Of a stretch of DNA of 64,000 bases, positions 18,250-27,659 are shown in pieces (positions within the stretch are counted from its first letter, which is position 1; the number at the start of each line of letters is the position of its first letter). The notes under the pieces were generated by a model, which saw nothing but the letters and a program-made list of their open reading frames with translations, made no database searches and was not told the origin of the DNA. The position numbers and the translations under genes are program-made. The DNA comes from an uncultured bacterium (GTDB lineage Bacteria > Myxococcota_A > UBA9160 > SMWR01), in contig CALDCK010000066.1 in assembly GCA_937937315.1 (NCBI GenBank), positions 16,684 through 80,683 of the forward strand, given 5' to 3'.

Positions 18250-20211
18250 GTGTACGTCCGACTGTTGGCTTCGCTCGTGGCTGTGTCTCCGATCGGCTGC
18301 GCCGACTCTACGCCCATCGACTACTCGGGCCCCGTCGCCGAGTGGCGGGAGTACGCGGGAGACAAGGGAGGGCTGCACTTCTCGCCCCTCGATCAGATCC
18401 GCCGCGAGAATGTGGGGCGCCTCGAGCGCGTCTGGAGCCACCGCAGCGGCGACGCCCATCCCGGCGACGCGGAGAACGCCCCGACGGCTTTCCAGGTCAC
18501 GCCGCTGGTCGTGAACGAGACGCTCTACTACTGCACCGGCTACATGCGGGTGTTCGCGCTCGATCCCGAGACCGGCGCCGAGCGCTGGGTCTTCGATCCC
18601 GGGCTTCGCGCGAAGGGGACGGGAGGTCCCTATCCCCTCACCTGTCGGGGGGTCGCCTACTGGGAGGCGGAGGCGCCGCAGAGCGGCCGGGCCTGTGAGC
18701 GCCGAATCCTCTACGGGACGAAGGACTCCGAGCTGATCGCCCTCGATGCGGAGACGGGCCGACCCTGCGCCGACTTCGGCGACGCCGGTCGCGTGGCGCT
18801 CCGCGAGGGGATCGGCGACGCGCCTCCCTGGGAGTACTACCCCACCTCCCCGCCGCTGGTGATGGACGATCTCGTCGTTCTTGGAGCGCTCGTGGCGGAT
18901 CAGCTGAAGGTCGACGCGCCCTCCGGCGTCGTTCGTGCCTTCGACGTGCGCAGCGGCCGTCGGGTCTGGGCCTGGGACCCGGTGCCGCCGGGGTTCGACG
19001 TCTCGCGCCGACCGGGCGAGCTCTACCAGCGCGGAACGCCGAACGTCTGGTCCATTCTCTCCGGGGACGAGGAGCGCGGGCTGGTCTTCGTCCCCACCGG
19101 CAATGCGTCGCCTGACAGCTTCGGGGGCGCGCGGCGAGGCCTCGACCACTACGGCAGCTCCACCGTGGCCCTCGACGCGGCCACGGGTCGCGTCGCGTGG
19201 CACTTCCAGACCGTCCACCACGACGTCTGGGACTACGACGTGTCGACCCAGCCGACTCTCTTCCAGATCGACGGCGTCGGCGGTGGCCGTCCGGCCCTGG
19301 CCCAGGCGACGAAGATGGGCCACGTCTTCCTCCTCGATCGGGAGACCGGAGAGCCGCTCTATCCCGTCGAGGAGCGCCCGGTTCCCCAGGGTGGCGTACC
19401 GGGCGAGACGCTCTCGCCGACCCAGCCCTTCCCGACTCATCCGCTTCCGCTCCATCCGACCGAGCTGACTCCGGAGAACCTCTTCGGCTTCACGCCCATC
19501 GACCGCAGCTCCTGCCGGCAGCAGCTCGCCGACCTGCGCTGGGACGGGATCTTCACCCCGCCGACTCTCGAGGGCTCGATCCAGTTCCCCCACACCGCGG
19601 GTGGGATGAACTGGGGTGGCGTGGCGATCGATCCGGCGCGGGGTGTGCTCTACACGAACCAGACCCACATCGCGATGACGGTTCGGCTCGTGCCGCGCGA
19701 CGAGTACGACGCGATGCCCGAGGGCAGCGTCCAGTACCCGCGCGAGGCCTACCCGATGGACGGAACCCCCTACGGCGTCCTGCGCGCGCCTTTCTTCTCC
19801 CGCTTCGGGGCGCCCTGCAATCCCCCGCCCTGGGGCTCGCTCACCGCCGTGGATCTGCGCAGCGGCGAGGTGCTGTGGCGGGTCGGACTCGGGACCACCC
19901 GGGACCAGGCGCCCTTTCCGCTCTGGGCGATTCCGGCCACGGGCCACCTCGGGGCACCGAACTTCGGCGGCGGACTGCTCACCGCCGGGCAGCTCTACTT
20001 CATCGGCGCCACGACGGATCGCTATCTCCGAGCCTTCGACACGGAGACCGGCGAAGAGATCTGGAGCGACCGCATTCCCTTCACCGGCAACGCGACGCCC
20101 ATGAGCTTCCGCCTGCGCGCCGACGCGAAGCAGTTCGTGGTGATCGCCGCCGGCGGAAACCCCCTCACCGGAACCGGCGATGCCCTGCTCGCCTACGCCC
20201 TCTCCGAGTGA
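18250..20211 (+). CDS. PQQ-dependent dehydrogenase (glucose/quinate/shikimate quinoprotein family), probable lipoprotein
   Basis: 653-aa beta-propeller pattern with repeated W-motifs (ERWVFDP, RVWAWDP, RVAWHFQTVHHDVWDYD, EVLWRVGLG, EEIWSD). The N-terminus LVAVSPIGC looks like a lipobox. GTG start. Confidence 0.8.
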   Translation: MYVRLLASLVAVSPIGCADSTPIDYSGPVAEWREYAGDKGGLHFSPLDQIRRENVGRLERVWSHRSGDAHPGDAENAPTAFQVTPLVVNETLYYCTGYMRVFALDPETGAERWVFDPGLRAKGTGGPYPLTCRGVAYWEAEAPQSGRACERRILYGTKDSELIALDAETGRPCADFGDAGRVALREGIGDAPPWEYYPTSPPLVMDDLVVLGALVADQLKVDAPSGVVRAFDVRSGRRVWAWDPVPPGFDVSRRPGELYQRGTPNVWSILSGDEERGLVFVPTGNASPDSFGGARRGLDHYGSSTVALDAATGRVAWHFQTVHHDVWDYDVSTQPTLFQIDGVGGGRPALAQATKMGHVFLLDRETGEPLYPVEERPVPQGGVPGETLSPTQPFPTHPLPLHPTELTPENLFGFTPIDRSSCRQQLADLRWDGIFTPPTLEGSIQFPHTAGGMNWGGVAIDPARGVLYTNQTHIAMTVRLVPRDEYDAMPEGSVQYPREAYPMDGTPYGVLRAPFFSRFGAPCNPPPWGSLTAVDLRSGEVLWRVGLGTTRDQAPFPLWAIPATGHLGAPNFGGGLLTAGQLYFIGATTDRYLRAFDTETGEEIWSDRIPFTGNATPMSFRLRADAKQFVVIAAGGNPLTGTGDALLAYALSE

Positions 20212-21116
20212 ACGCTCGCCCCGGATCTCGAGCCGAGCAGGTCGGGAGACCAGATGTCCTGGTCGGCGCCGAAGATGCGGCGGCCGTCCACCTCCCACTC
20301 GACGAGGCTGATCCAGGCGAACATTCCGGGCGTGGCCTGGAAGGCGAAGCGAGAGAGACAGGTCCCCCGGGCGGCGACGTTGCGACCGTCCCGGCGGTGC
20401 GCCGTCAGGTCGACGCGTCGGGGGAAGCCGCCGGCTGGATCGCGTTCCGTCACCCGACGCTCGCCGCCCACCAGATCGCAGGGGCTTCCGCCGCGGAGCT
20501 CGAAGCCCGCGACGATCGCTCCGTCGTCGTCGCCACCCATCGACATCGCGTGGAGGGCGGAGTCGCCGTCGATGGCGTAGCTGTAACCCGCGCGGGTGGT
20601 GCGCATGTCGTCGCGCACGTGCCAGGAGCGATCGCGCATGTCGAAGCCCTCCACGGCGATCTCCTCGCCGTCGAGCTCGAGCCTCCCGCTGACCCTGCAG
20701 GCCTGATCCAGATGCCCGCGCGCGGGGTCGACCGAGAGCGCGTGGGGCGGGGCGAGCCCCTCGTAGACGAGGTCGAGGGCAATGCGGGCGTCGGCGTAGC
20801 GCACCCGATAACGCGATAGTGGCTCCAGACATCGGAGCGCGAGTCCACCCATCTCGCAGTCGTCGAGGTCACCCTCGGGCATCGGCAGGTGCCAGAGACA
20901 GCGCGAGTAGAGCACGCGCCAGGGCTCGTGGGCCGAGTCGTCCCACACGTGCACGCCCACGGAGCAGGTCCCGAGGTTCGGTCGGAAGAGGGGATAGATC
21001 GCGCCGGCCAGGCGTCTCTCGGGCAGGCTGAAGCCGTACCAGGAGGTCTCGGTCCAGAGCGGATGGTCCTCCGCGGGCGGGTGGAAGCGGTCGTCGGCCG
21101 GGGACGCGGCGGTCAC
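20193..21116 (-). CDS. Conserved hypothetical protein (predicted all-beta; possibly DUF7064/7065-like)
   Basis: This is the C-terminal 308 codons of the artefactual 1764-aa track ORF, and only this part has protein-like composition (HPLWTETSWYGFSLPERRLAGAIYPLF...). Its GTG start overlaps the stop of the upstream kinase gene (GTGA at 21113-21116). The family guess is weak. Confidence 0.55.
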   Translation of the reverse strand: MTAASPADDRFHPPAEDHPLWTETSWYGFSLPERRLAGAIYPLFRPNLGTCSVGVHVWDDSAHEPWRVLYSRCLWHLPMPEGDLDDCEMGGLALRCLEPLSRYRVRYADARIALDLVYEGLAPPHALSVDPARGHLDQACRVSGRLELDGEEIAVEGFDMRDRSWHVRDDMRTTRAGYSYAIDGDSALHAMSMGGDDDGAIVAGFELRGGSPCDLVGGERRVTERDPAGGFPRRVDLTAHRRDGRNVAARGTCLSRFAFQATPGMFAWISLVEWEVDGRRIFGADQDIWSPDLLGSRSGASVHSERA

Positions 21117-22168
21117 GACACCGGAATCGGGTCGAGGCCCCGCGCATGCGCCCGCAGCGTCGGTGAGGCGGCGATCGCCGCCTTGCCTTCGTCGAGCAGG
21201 GCCGCCGTCTCGGCGGGATCGCAGCCGGCGCGCTCGAGGGCCTCGGGGAGCAGCGCCCGCAGGTAGGGCAGGAGCAGGGCGTAGATGCCCGTGTCCATCG
21301 AGCGCTCTCCGCCGTGGCCGAGGGCGATCATGCAGGACACGGTCATGCGGGTCAGCACGAGGGCCCGGTAGTACTCGAGGCGCGCTGCGTCGATCCCCAG
21401 GGCCGTCGCCCGCGACCAGGTGCGATAGCCGAGGGCGAGGTCTCCGAAGCCGCCGAGAAGCTGTGCGCGCACCGCGATCCAGGCGAGGTCGTCTGTGGGG
21501 TCGCCCCAGTGGGCGAACTCCCAGTCGAGCAGAGCCGTGACGCCGTCGTCGTCGAAGAGGAAGTTCCCGGGGCCCGCGTCTCCGTGGCACAGCGCGATTC
21601 GTTCGGCGCCCTCCGGTGCGTGGGTCTCGAGCCAGGCGAAGGCCAGGCCGAGGAGTGCATCGCGCTGGGGCACGCGCGTCGTGGCGATGCGTCGCCACAG
21701 GGCGAGGTCCCCCTGCGCCGCTTCGCGAGGACTCGGGGGGCGCTCGAGATCCGGAATGTCCAGGGTCACCGTGTCGAGGTCGTGAAGGGTGGCCAGGGCT
21801 TCGAAGTAGTCCGAGGCGATGCGCTGGCGCTGCTGCGGATCTCCGATCGCGGCAAAGGCGTCGCTGCCCGACGCGCGCTCTACGAGCAGGGCTCTTCCCT
21901 CCGGATGCGCGGCCACGAGGCGCGGGATCCGCACCGGCGTCGGAGCGAGGGCGCGGTAGACCGCGGCCTCGCGCGCGAGGGTGAGCTCGGTGCCCGAGAG
22001 TGGTCCGTCTCCGGTGTCGCAGCGCAGCACGAGGTGTCGGGTCGCATCGCCCCGGGCGACATCGACCCGCCAGGTGACTCGGGAGGCCCCGGTCGCGATC
22101 CGCTCCGCGGTCTCGACGGGTCCACCGGCTGCCCTGGCGACGAAGTCTGCGAGATCCGGATCGAGCAC
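21113..22168 (-). CDS. Phosphotransferase family protein (APH/choline-kinase-like fold)
   Basis: Brenner/catalytic motif CHGDAGPGNFLF and DWEFAHWGDPTDDLAW. 351 aa. Confidence 0.8.
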   Translation of the reverse strand: MLDPDLADFVARAAGGPVETAERIATGASRVTWRVDVARGDATRHLVLRCDTGDGPLSGTELTLAREAAVYRALAPTPVRIPRLVAAHPEGRALLVERASGSDAFAAIGDPQQRQRIASDYFEALATLHDLDTVTLDIPDLERPPSPREAAQGDLALWRRIATTRVPQRDALLGLAFAWLETHAPEGAERIALCHGDAGPGNFLFDDDGVTALLDWEFAHWGDPTDDLAWIAVRAQLLGGFGDLALGYRTWSRATALGIDAARLEYYRALVLTRMTVSCMIALGHGGERSMDTGIYALLLPYLRALLPEALERAGCDPAETAALLDEGKAAIAASPTLRAHARGLDPIPVS

Positions 22169-22231
22169 GTGCAGAGCATAGGCGGGCGCCGCCGCCTCCG
22201 GGAATCCGAGTGCGAGACCGATGGGCGGTTC

Positions 22232-23707
22232 TCAGCCTGCGGCGGCCCCGGCCCGAGCTCCCGTCTCGGCGGCCCGCTCGAGCTTTCGGACGCCGCGTGC
22301 AAAGCCGTCGGCGATCGATTGCGGATCCGGAAGCAGCTCGCGACAGGCCAGAACGCCCACGTCGACCCGCCCCATGTTGCTGAGGACGGTGATGTTGAGA
22401 CCCATACCCTCTCCGACGGGCCCCATCGGATAGATGGCCTCGACCCGGGCGCCGCCGAAGTAGAGGGGGATCGGGGGACCCATCATATTCGAGACGGCCA
22501 GGTTCATCATCGGACCCGCGCGGTCGACGAGATCGAACTCGGAGACGAGCTGGGCTCCGTAGGTGGTGAGCAGGGGGGGGACGAGCTGGAGCCATCGGGG
22601 GATCAGGCTCGCTTCGACGGCCTGGAAGATGTACTTCGCCTCGACGGTCTCCCGATGAACGGCGCGGAGCACCTCTGCCGGGTCCGCCAGGTGGGTGGGC
22701 AGGCGGATGCGCATGGTGGCGACCTTGTTCGAGAACTCCTTCTTCTCGCTCTCGGTCTTCAAGGACACGGGGACCACACAGACGAGGGGATCGTCGGGTA
22801 GCGCCCCGCGCGCCTCGAGGTAGCTGCGCACGGACAGGGCGCAGGCGGCGAGCACGGCGTCGTTCACCGTGACGCCGAAGGCACGCTTGACGCGCTTCAG
22901 CGCGTCGAGGGGTGCGCTGCCGTAGGCGACGGCACGGTGGGGCGTGATGGCGCGGCTGAAGGGCGTCTCCGGCGCCGCGGTCGAATCCCCCGCGTCCTCC
23001 TTCCCGACCTCCTGCTCGGCGCGTCGCCGATCGCGCATTCCCTTCAGGGTGTCGAAGGCGAGCCGTGCGACATCGAGGGGACTCACGAAGCGGCTTCCCA
23101 CCGATTGCGTCGCCAGCGTCAGCCCCGAGGGCAGTGGTGCGGGCTCCCAGGCCGGTGCCGGCTCGGGCGGCGGAGCGTCGGGCTCGGTGTCCATCAACCC
23201 CGCCATCTGGCTCGACCCCGAAGCGCCGTCGACGATGCAGTGGTGGAGCTTCGTCACCAATCCGATGCGCCCGTCTTCGAGGCCTTCCACCACCCACATC
23301 TCCCACAGCGGCTGATGTCGGTCGAGCCGCCGTCCCGCGAGGTCCCCGACGATCTGGGCCAGCTCGCGCAGGCCCCCGGGCGCGGGCGCCGCCAGGCGAT
23401 GGATGTGATTCTCGAGTCGGAAGTCCGGGTCGGGGGCCATGAGCGGATGTCCGAGACCGAGGGGGACCTCCAGCAGTCGCTCCCGGAAGGGCGGCATGCG
23501 GTGGATGCGCGCCGCCACGGTGTCGACGATTCGTTCGAAGCCGAAGCCGCCGGGTACTTCCTTCGGGTCGAGGATCAGGGTACCCACGGTGTGCATGGGC
23601 ATCGAGAAGGTCTCGGCGTAGACGAACATCGCGTCCTGGCCCGAGAGTCGTCGCGGAGCTTCGCTCCGACCTTCCTCGCTCTCGTCGTCCTTGCGGGTCT
23701 CGCTCAA
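22232..23707 (-). CDS. Wax ester synthase/diacylglycerol acyltransferase (WS/DGAT) family
   Basis: HHCIVDGASG (HHxxxDG active site), an N-terminal LSGQDAMFVYAE and a C-terminal NITVLSNMGRVDVG pattern. Start trimmed to TTG 23707, preceded by GAGGAGG with a 6-nt spacer. The track start 23899 adds an implausible Pro-rich leader. Confidence 0.8.
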   Translation of the reverse strand: MSETRKDDESEEGRSEAPRRLSGQDAMFVYAETFSMPMHTVGTLILDPKEVPGGFGFERIVDTVAARIHRMPPFRERLLEVPLGLGHPLMAPDPDFRLENHIHRLAAPAPGGLRELAQIVGDLAGRRLDRHQPLWEMWVVEGLEDGRIGLVTKLHHCIVDGASGSSQMAGLMDTEPDAPPPEPAPAWEPAPLPSGLTLATQSVGSRFVSPLDVARLAFDTLKGMRDRRRAEQEVGKEDAGDSTAAPETPFSRAITPHRAVAYGSAPLDALKRVKRAFGVTVNDAVLAACALSVRSYLEARGALPDDPLVCVVPVSLKTESEKKEFSNKVATMRIRLPTHLADPAEVLRAVHRETVEAKYIFQAVEASLIPRWLQLVPPLLTTYGAQLVSEFDLVDRAGPMMNLAVSNMMGPPIPLYFGGARVEAIYPMGPVGEGMGLNITVLSNMGRVDVGVLACRELLPDPQSIADGFARGVRKLERAAETGARAGAAAG

Positions 23708-23897
23708 CGGGATCCTCCTCGGGCCATGCCCTTCCCCGAGGACTGCACGGGACGTGCCGCACGGCGCTCCCACGGGTGCCGCCGTGCGTAGGAAGTGTGG
23801 CGAAACGAGACAGGGATGAGACATCGGGCCCCGGTCGACGGTCCCCCAGGGCGGCGGATGTACGCCGGGGGGCACTGGGCTTGCACTTCGAGGGAGC

Positions 23898-25307
23898 ATG
23901 ATCGAGATGTCGGGCTCGGATGCCTACTTCTTCTGGGAGGAGTCCCGGGCGCGGCACATGCACACGCTCAAGGTCATCGTGGTCGATCCGAGCAGCGCCC
24001 ACGCCGCCGTGACCTTCGAGCGGGTGCGAGAGGGTGCGACGCGGGTGATGCCTCGCTGGCCCGCCTTCCGCCGGCGCGCCGTGGCCGCGCCGCTGGGGAT
24101 CGGACACCCCTTCTGGGTGAACGCACCGGCCTTCGACCCGGACTACCACCTTCGCCACGAGGTGCTGCCGCCGGGTAGTCGAGACGACGCCCTCGACGAG
24201 CTGCTGGGTCGCATCGCCAGCGAGCCCCTCGACCGCGACCGACCCCTCTGGCAGGTCTTCTTCGTCGAAGGGCTGGCAGGGGGCCGCGTCGCCTACGTCA
24301 CCAAGCTCCATCACTCCGTAGCCGACGGGCCCGCAAGCGCGGCCCTCGTCCTGCGGACGTTCCAGGCGGGGTCCGAGCCGGCGGTGCTTCCGCGCGCCTA
24401 CGAGGGCGGAAACGAGCCGATCCCCTCGGCCTGGTACCGGCTGCTGTTCGCGCTGTCGCGCGAGGCCCTTCGCCTGCTCACCTTGCCGGGGCTTTTGATC
24501 CGCTCGGTGCGCGCCATCGGCGTCAGCCTTCGCTGGCGGCGATCCGGGCGTCCCCTGCCTCCGCCGCCCTTCTCGGCGCCGGCCGCAGCCTTCAATCGTC
24601 CGATCACCCCGAATCGGGTCTACGCCCACGCGGCACTTCCGCTCGCAGACCTGCGGGAGGTGAAGAAGGCCCTCGACTGCACCGTCAACGACGTCTTCCT
24701 GGCCGTCGTCGGAGGCGTGCTGCGCACCTATCTGGCTGACCACGGCGATGCGAGCGGGCTGGAGCTCACCGCTGCGGTGCCGGTCTCGGTACGGCGAGAG
24801 CAGGATGATCCCCTCTTCGGCAACGCGACCGCCTACTGGTTCGCGACTACCGCGAGCCATGTCGCGGATCCGGTCGAGCGCGTGGGCGCGGTCGCTCGCA
24901 GTACGCGGGCGGCGCGAGCGCACTTCGCAGCCCGGGATCCCCGCCTTCACGTCGACTGGCTCGAGCACTGGCCCCTGCGGCGGCTCTACGTGAGCGACTT
25001 CGCGATGGTGGCGGGCGCCCTCGCGCGTCGTCCGAGCTACAACCTGATCGTCTCGAACGTGCGCGGCCCTTCGAAGCGACTCTTCATCGACGGCGCGCGG
25101 GTCGAGGCCCTGTACTCGATGGGGCCGCTCGCCTCCCAGCAGGGCCTGAACTTCACGGCCTGGAGCTACCTCGACGCGTTCACCGTCGGTGTCCACGCCT
25201 GTCGCGAGCAGGTGCCGGACGTGCGCGCCCTGGCCGATGCGCTGCCCTGGGAGCTCGAGTCCCTCAAGCGTGCGGTGCGGGCGCTGCCACGGGCGGAGGG
25301 GAGCTGA
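23898..25307 (+). CDS. WS/DGAT family acyltransferase (second, divergent paralog)
   Basis: HHSVADGPAS (HHxxxDG) and an N-terminal SGSDAYFFWEE. 469 aa. GAGGGAG RBS. It is divergent from the first WS/DGAT gene. Confidence 0.8.
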   Translation: MIEMSGSDAYFFWEESRARHMHTLKVIVVDPSSAHAAVTFERVREGATRVMPRWPAFRRRAVAAPLGIGHPFWVNAPAFDPDYHLRHEVLPPGSRDDALDELLGRIASEPLDRDRPLWQVFFVEGLAGGRVAYVTKLHHSVADGPASAALVLRTFQAGSEPAVLPRAYEGGNEPIPSAWYRLLFALSREALRLLTLPGLLIRSVRAIGVSLRWRRSGRPLPPPPFSAPAAAFNRPITPNRVYAHAALPLADLREVKKALDCTVNDVFLAVVGGVLRTYLADHGDASGLELTAAVPVSVRREQDDPLFGNATAYWFATTASHVADPVERVGAVARSTRAARAHFAARDPRLHVDWLEHWPLRRLYVSDFAMVAGALARRPSYNLIVSNVRGPSKRLFIDGARVEALYSMGPLASQQGLNFTAWSYLDAFTVGVHACREQVPDVRALADALPWELESLKRAVRALPRAEGS

Positions 25308-26088
25308 CCGACTCGAGCAGCCCGCAGATCGCCGGCGACCAGGCGCGGACCGCGTCGAGGGAGTCCGCGACGCGCAGGTCGGCTCGGGGCAGCAGCTCGG
25401 CGAGCCGCTCGGCCGTCGAGAGGGGATGGGCGGGGTCGCCGCGCCAGGCGAGCACGAGAGCGGGCGCCCCGACTCCGCGCAGGACATCGGGATCCGGGAG
25501 GTCCGAGTCCGCGGCGCCTCGCAGCGCTGCGATCACCGCCCGCGGGTCTGCGCGCCGCAGCGATTCTGCCATCGAGCGCTGGAGCTTCGCCCGATGAGCG
25601 GGCGCCGGCGCGAGCATTCCGAGGGAGATGAGCCACTGGAAGGGCCGGAGTCCGAAGTGCTCGACGGCGGAGGCGACGGCCCGGTAGATCCGCGCCTGCC
25701 GCGGACGGGTGCGCCAGGCGGTCGGCGGCGCCACGAGCACGAGGGCTCGTACCCGGTCCGGCGCGGCCGCTGCCGCGTGGAGCGTCGTCGCGCAGCCCAT
25801 GGACAGGCCGCCGAACACGGCGCGCTCGGCGCCGGCGGCATCGGCCAGGGCCAGCAGATCGCGGCCGAGCTCCGGCCAGCGGTAGTCCTCCGGGGCGAGG
25901 GTCGCCTCGGAAAGACCGTGACCGCGCGCGTCGTAGCGGAGCAGCCGCGAGCGGGTGGCGATGGCGTCCCAGTCGAGGAGATCCGCCAGGTCTTCCTGGG
26001 CCATGCTCCCGAGCAGTCCGTGTCCCCAGAGAAGAGGCACGCCCGTCCCGCTTTCCCGCATGGCCAGGTCGACTCCCCGAACCCGCAT
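25264..26088 (-). CDS. Alpha/beta hydrolase
   Basis: Nucleophile elbow GGLSMGC and an oxyanion-region LLWGHG. ATG 26088 follows GGAGGAG. The 3' end overlaps the convergent WS/DGAT gene by 44 nt. Confidence 0.75.
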   Translation of the reverse strand: MRVRGVDLAMRESGTGVPLLWGHGLLGSMAQEDLADLLDWDAIATRSRLLRYDARGHGLSEATLAPEDYRWPELGRDLLALADAAGAERAVFGGLSMGCATTLHAAAAAPDRVRALVLVAPPTAWRTRPRQARIYRAVASAVEHFGLRPFQWLISLGMLAPAPAHRAKLQRSMAESLRRADPRAVIAALRGAADSDLPDPDVLRGVGAPALVLAWRGDPAHPLSTAERLAELLPRADLRVADSLDAVRAWSPAICGLLESVSSPPPVAAPAPHA

Positions 26089-26259
26089 GTGCTCCTCCGC
26101 CCGGTGGCCTCGTCTTCGAGAGGTACTCAAGCACGATGCGTGCCCAGACACGTGCTGGGGCGCGCTGGGTCTGCGGGGCGCCGCGACCCACATCTCCGTC
26201 GTATGGCTCGGACCCGGTCCAGACTAGAATGCCCGTCCACCGAGGGAAGGAGATCCAGG

Positions 26260-27048
26260 ATGGGCGCACTCGAGGGCAGACGCGCGGTCGTGATCGGGGG
26301 TTCGAGCGGCTTCGGCGAGCAGATCGCCGAGCGGCTGGCCGCGGAGGGAGCCCGGCTGGTCCTGGCTGCCCGGAATCTCGAGCGGCTCGAGCCGGTGGCC
26401 GAGCGCCTGGGCGCCGAGGCCGTGGCCTGCGACATCACCCGCTACGACGAGGTGAAGGGCCTGGCGGCGTCGGTCAGCGATCGGCTCGGAGGCCTCGACG
26501 TGGCCATCAACTCCGCGGGCTACGAGGACATGGCGTCCTTCGAGAGTCTCAGCCCCGAGCGGGTCGAGCCGATGGTGGCCGTGCAGTTCACCGGCGCTCT
26601 CTACGTCATCCAGCAGATGGCGGCGGCGATGGAGAGCGGGGGGTCGATCATCACGATCTCATCCCTCACCGCGACCCTCGTCGCCGAGGGATACGCTCAC
26701 TACGCGGGGGCGAAGGCCGGAATCAATCACGCATCGCGGATCGCCGCCTCGGAGTACGGTGCACGAGGCATCCGGGTGAACGTCGTATCCCCCACGCTGA
26801 TCGAGACACCCATGACGACCCACCTGCTTCAGGCGCCGGGTGTGGCCGACGCATTCATGGCCGAGACTCCCCTGGGTCGGATCGGGCGGATCGACGACGT
26901 GGTGGGCGCCGTCATCTGGCTCGCCGGCGACGAGTCGTCCTTCGTGACCGGGCAGAACCTCCATGTGGATGGCGGCACGTCCCTGCGCAGGCTTCCCCGA
27001 GTCGACGACTTCGTGCGCGCAGCCGCTCGCCAACTCGAGTCGAAGTGA
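26260..27048 (+). CDS. SDR oxidoreductase
   Basis: VIGGSSGFGEQ, YAGAKAG and the C-terminal FVTGQNLHVDGG. ATG 26260 follows GGGAAGGAGA. The track buries it in a 619-aa ORF. Confidence 0.8.
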   Translation: MGALEGRRAVVIGGSSGFGEQIAERLAAEGARLVLAARNLERLEPVAERLGAEAVACDITRYDEVKGLAASVSDRLGGLDVAINSAGYEDMASFESLSPERVEPMVAVQFTGALYVIQQMAAAMESGGSIITISSLTATLVAEGYAHYAGAKAGINHASRIAASEYGARGIRVNVVSPTLIETPMTTHLLQAPGVADAFMAETPLGRIGRIDDVVGAVIWLAGDESSFVTGQNLHVDGGTSLRRLPRVDDFVRAAARQLESK

Positions 27049-27052
27049 CGGA

Positions 27053-27421
27053 TCAGGACGCGCTCGAGGCGAGGGTGTCGATCATTCGCTTCGTCGCCCC
27101 GTGACGCCAGGACGCTTCGAGCAGCTCGCCCAGCGCATCCTCCGAGACGGCGGAGAGACGCACCAGCATCATCCCGGAGCCGGTGTAGTGGTCCGTGATG
27201 TGGAAGGCCTTCGGATCTGCGGCGATCAGGGCGTCGCGCTGGTCGTGGTCGACCCGCACGACGAGGTCTTCACCGTTCTGATGCAGTCGCGCGAAGAGCT
27301 TGCCGCGAACCCTCCACGCCGGAGTGCCGTAGGAGGTGCCCTCCTCCGTGCCGGGGAGGGCGAGTGCGAGGCGTCGCACTGCCGTCGGGGCCACGCCCCG
27401 GATTCGTTGCCGCGCCGCCAT
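27053..27421 (-). CDS. MmcQ/YjbR-family protein
   Basis: 122 aa. The LPGTEEGTSYGTPAWRVRGKLFARL pattern is typical of the YjbR/MmcQ fold. Assignment is from recalled family similarity. Confidence 0.6.
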   Translation of the reverse strand: MAARQRIRGVAPTAVRRLALALPGTEEGTSYGTPAWRVRGKLFARLHQNGEDLVVRVDHDQRDALIAADPKAFHITDHYTGSGMMLVRLSAVSEDALGELLEASWRHGATKRMIDTLASSAS

Positions 27422-27449
27422 GGCGCCAGGCCATCACGCGGCCGTCGGC

Positions 27450-27659
27450 CTATCCCCGCTTCGCCAGGAACTCGCGCATCGCCCGGGCGAACTCGGGTGA
27501 GCCGACGCACTCGGCCATGGCGCGGGCCTCGTCGTCGAGGGCCTCCTCGAGCGTCGCCTCGAAGGCGCGGTTCATGCCGCGCTTGATCGCGGCGAGAGCG
27601 CGGGGCGGAGAGTCCGCCAGGCGCCTCGCCATTCGGGTCGCCTCGGCCAGCGCCTGGCC
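27450..27659 (-). pseudogene. 3' remnant of an enoyl-CoA hydratase/crotonase gene (C-terminal ~68 codons only)
   Basis: Only the last part of track ORF 27450..30209(-) is protein-like. GQALAEATRMARRLADSPPRALAAIKRGMNRAFEATLEEALDDEARAMAECVGSPEFARAMREFLAKRG is the C-terminal helical region of crotonases. Upstream codons are non-homologous and are occupied by a plus-strand SDR gene. Confidence 0.5.

Noticed and set aside
23740-23790. Repeated CACGG/CCGTG elements in the divergent WS/DGAT intergenic region as an operator
   Set aside because: The symmetry is imperfect and no adjacent regulator gene is present. It is mentioned only within the lipid-locus finding.
20193-25487. 1764-aa minus-strand ORF, the longest in the track
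   Set aside because: Only its last 308 codons (20193-21116) have protein-like composition. The rest is Arg/Pro/Gly/Ala-rich and runs through or antisense to well-supported genes in other frames or strands (the APH-like kinase, two WS/DGAT genes and the hydrolase). It is an artefact of stop-codon scarcity in GC-rich DNA.
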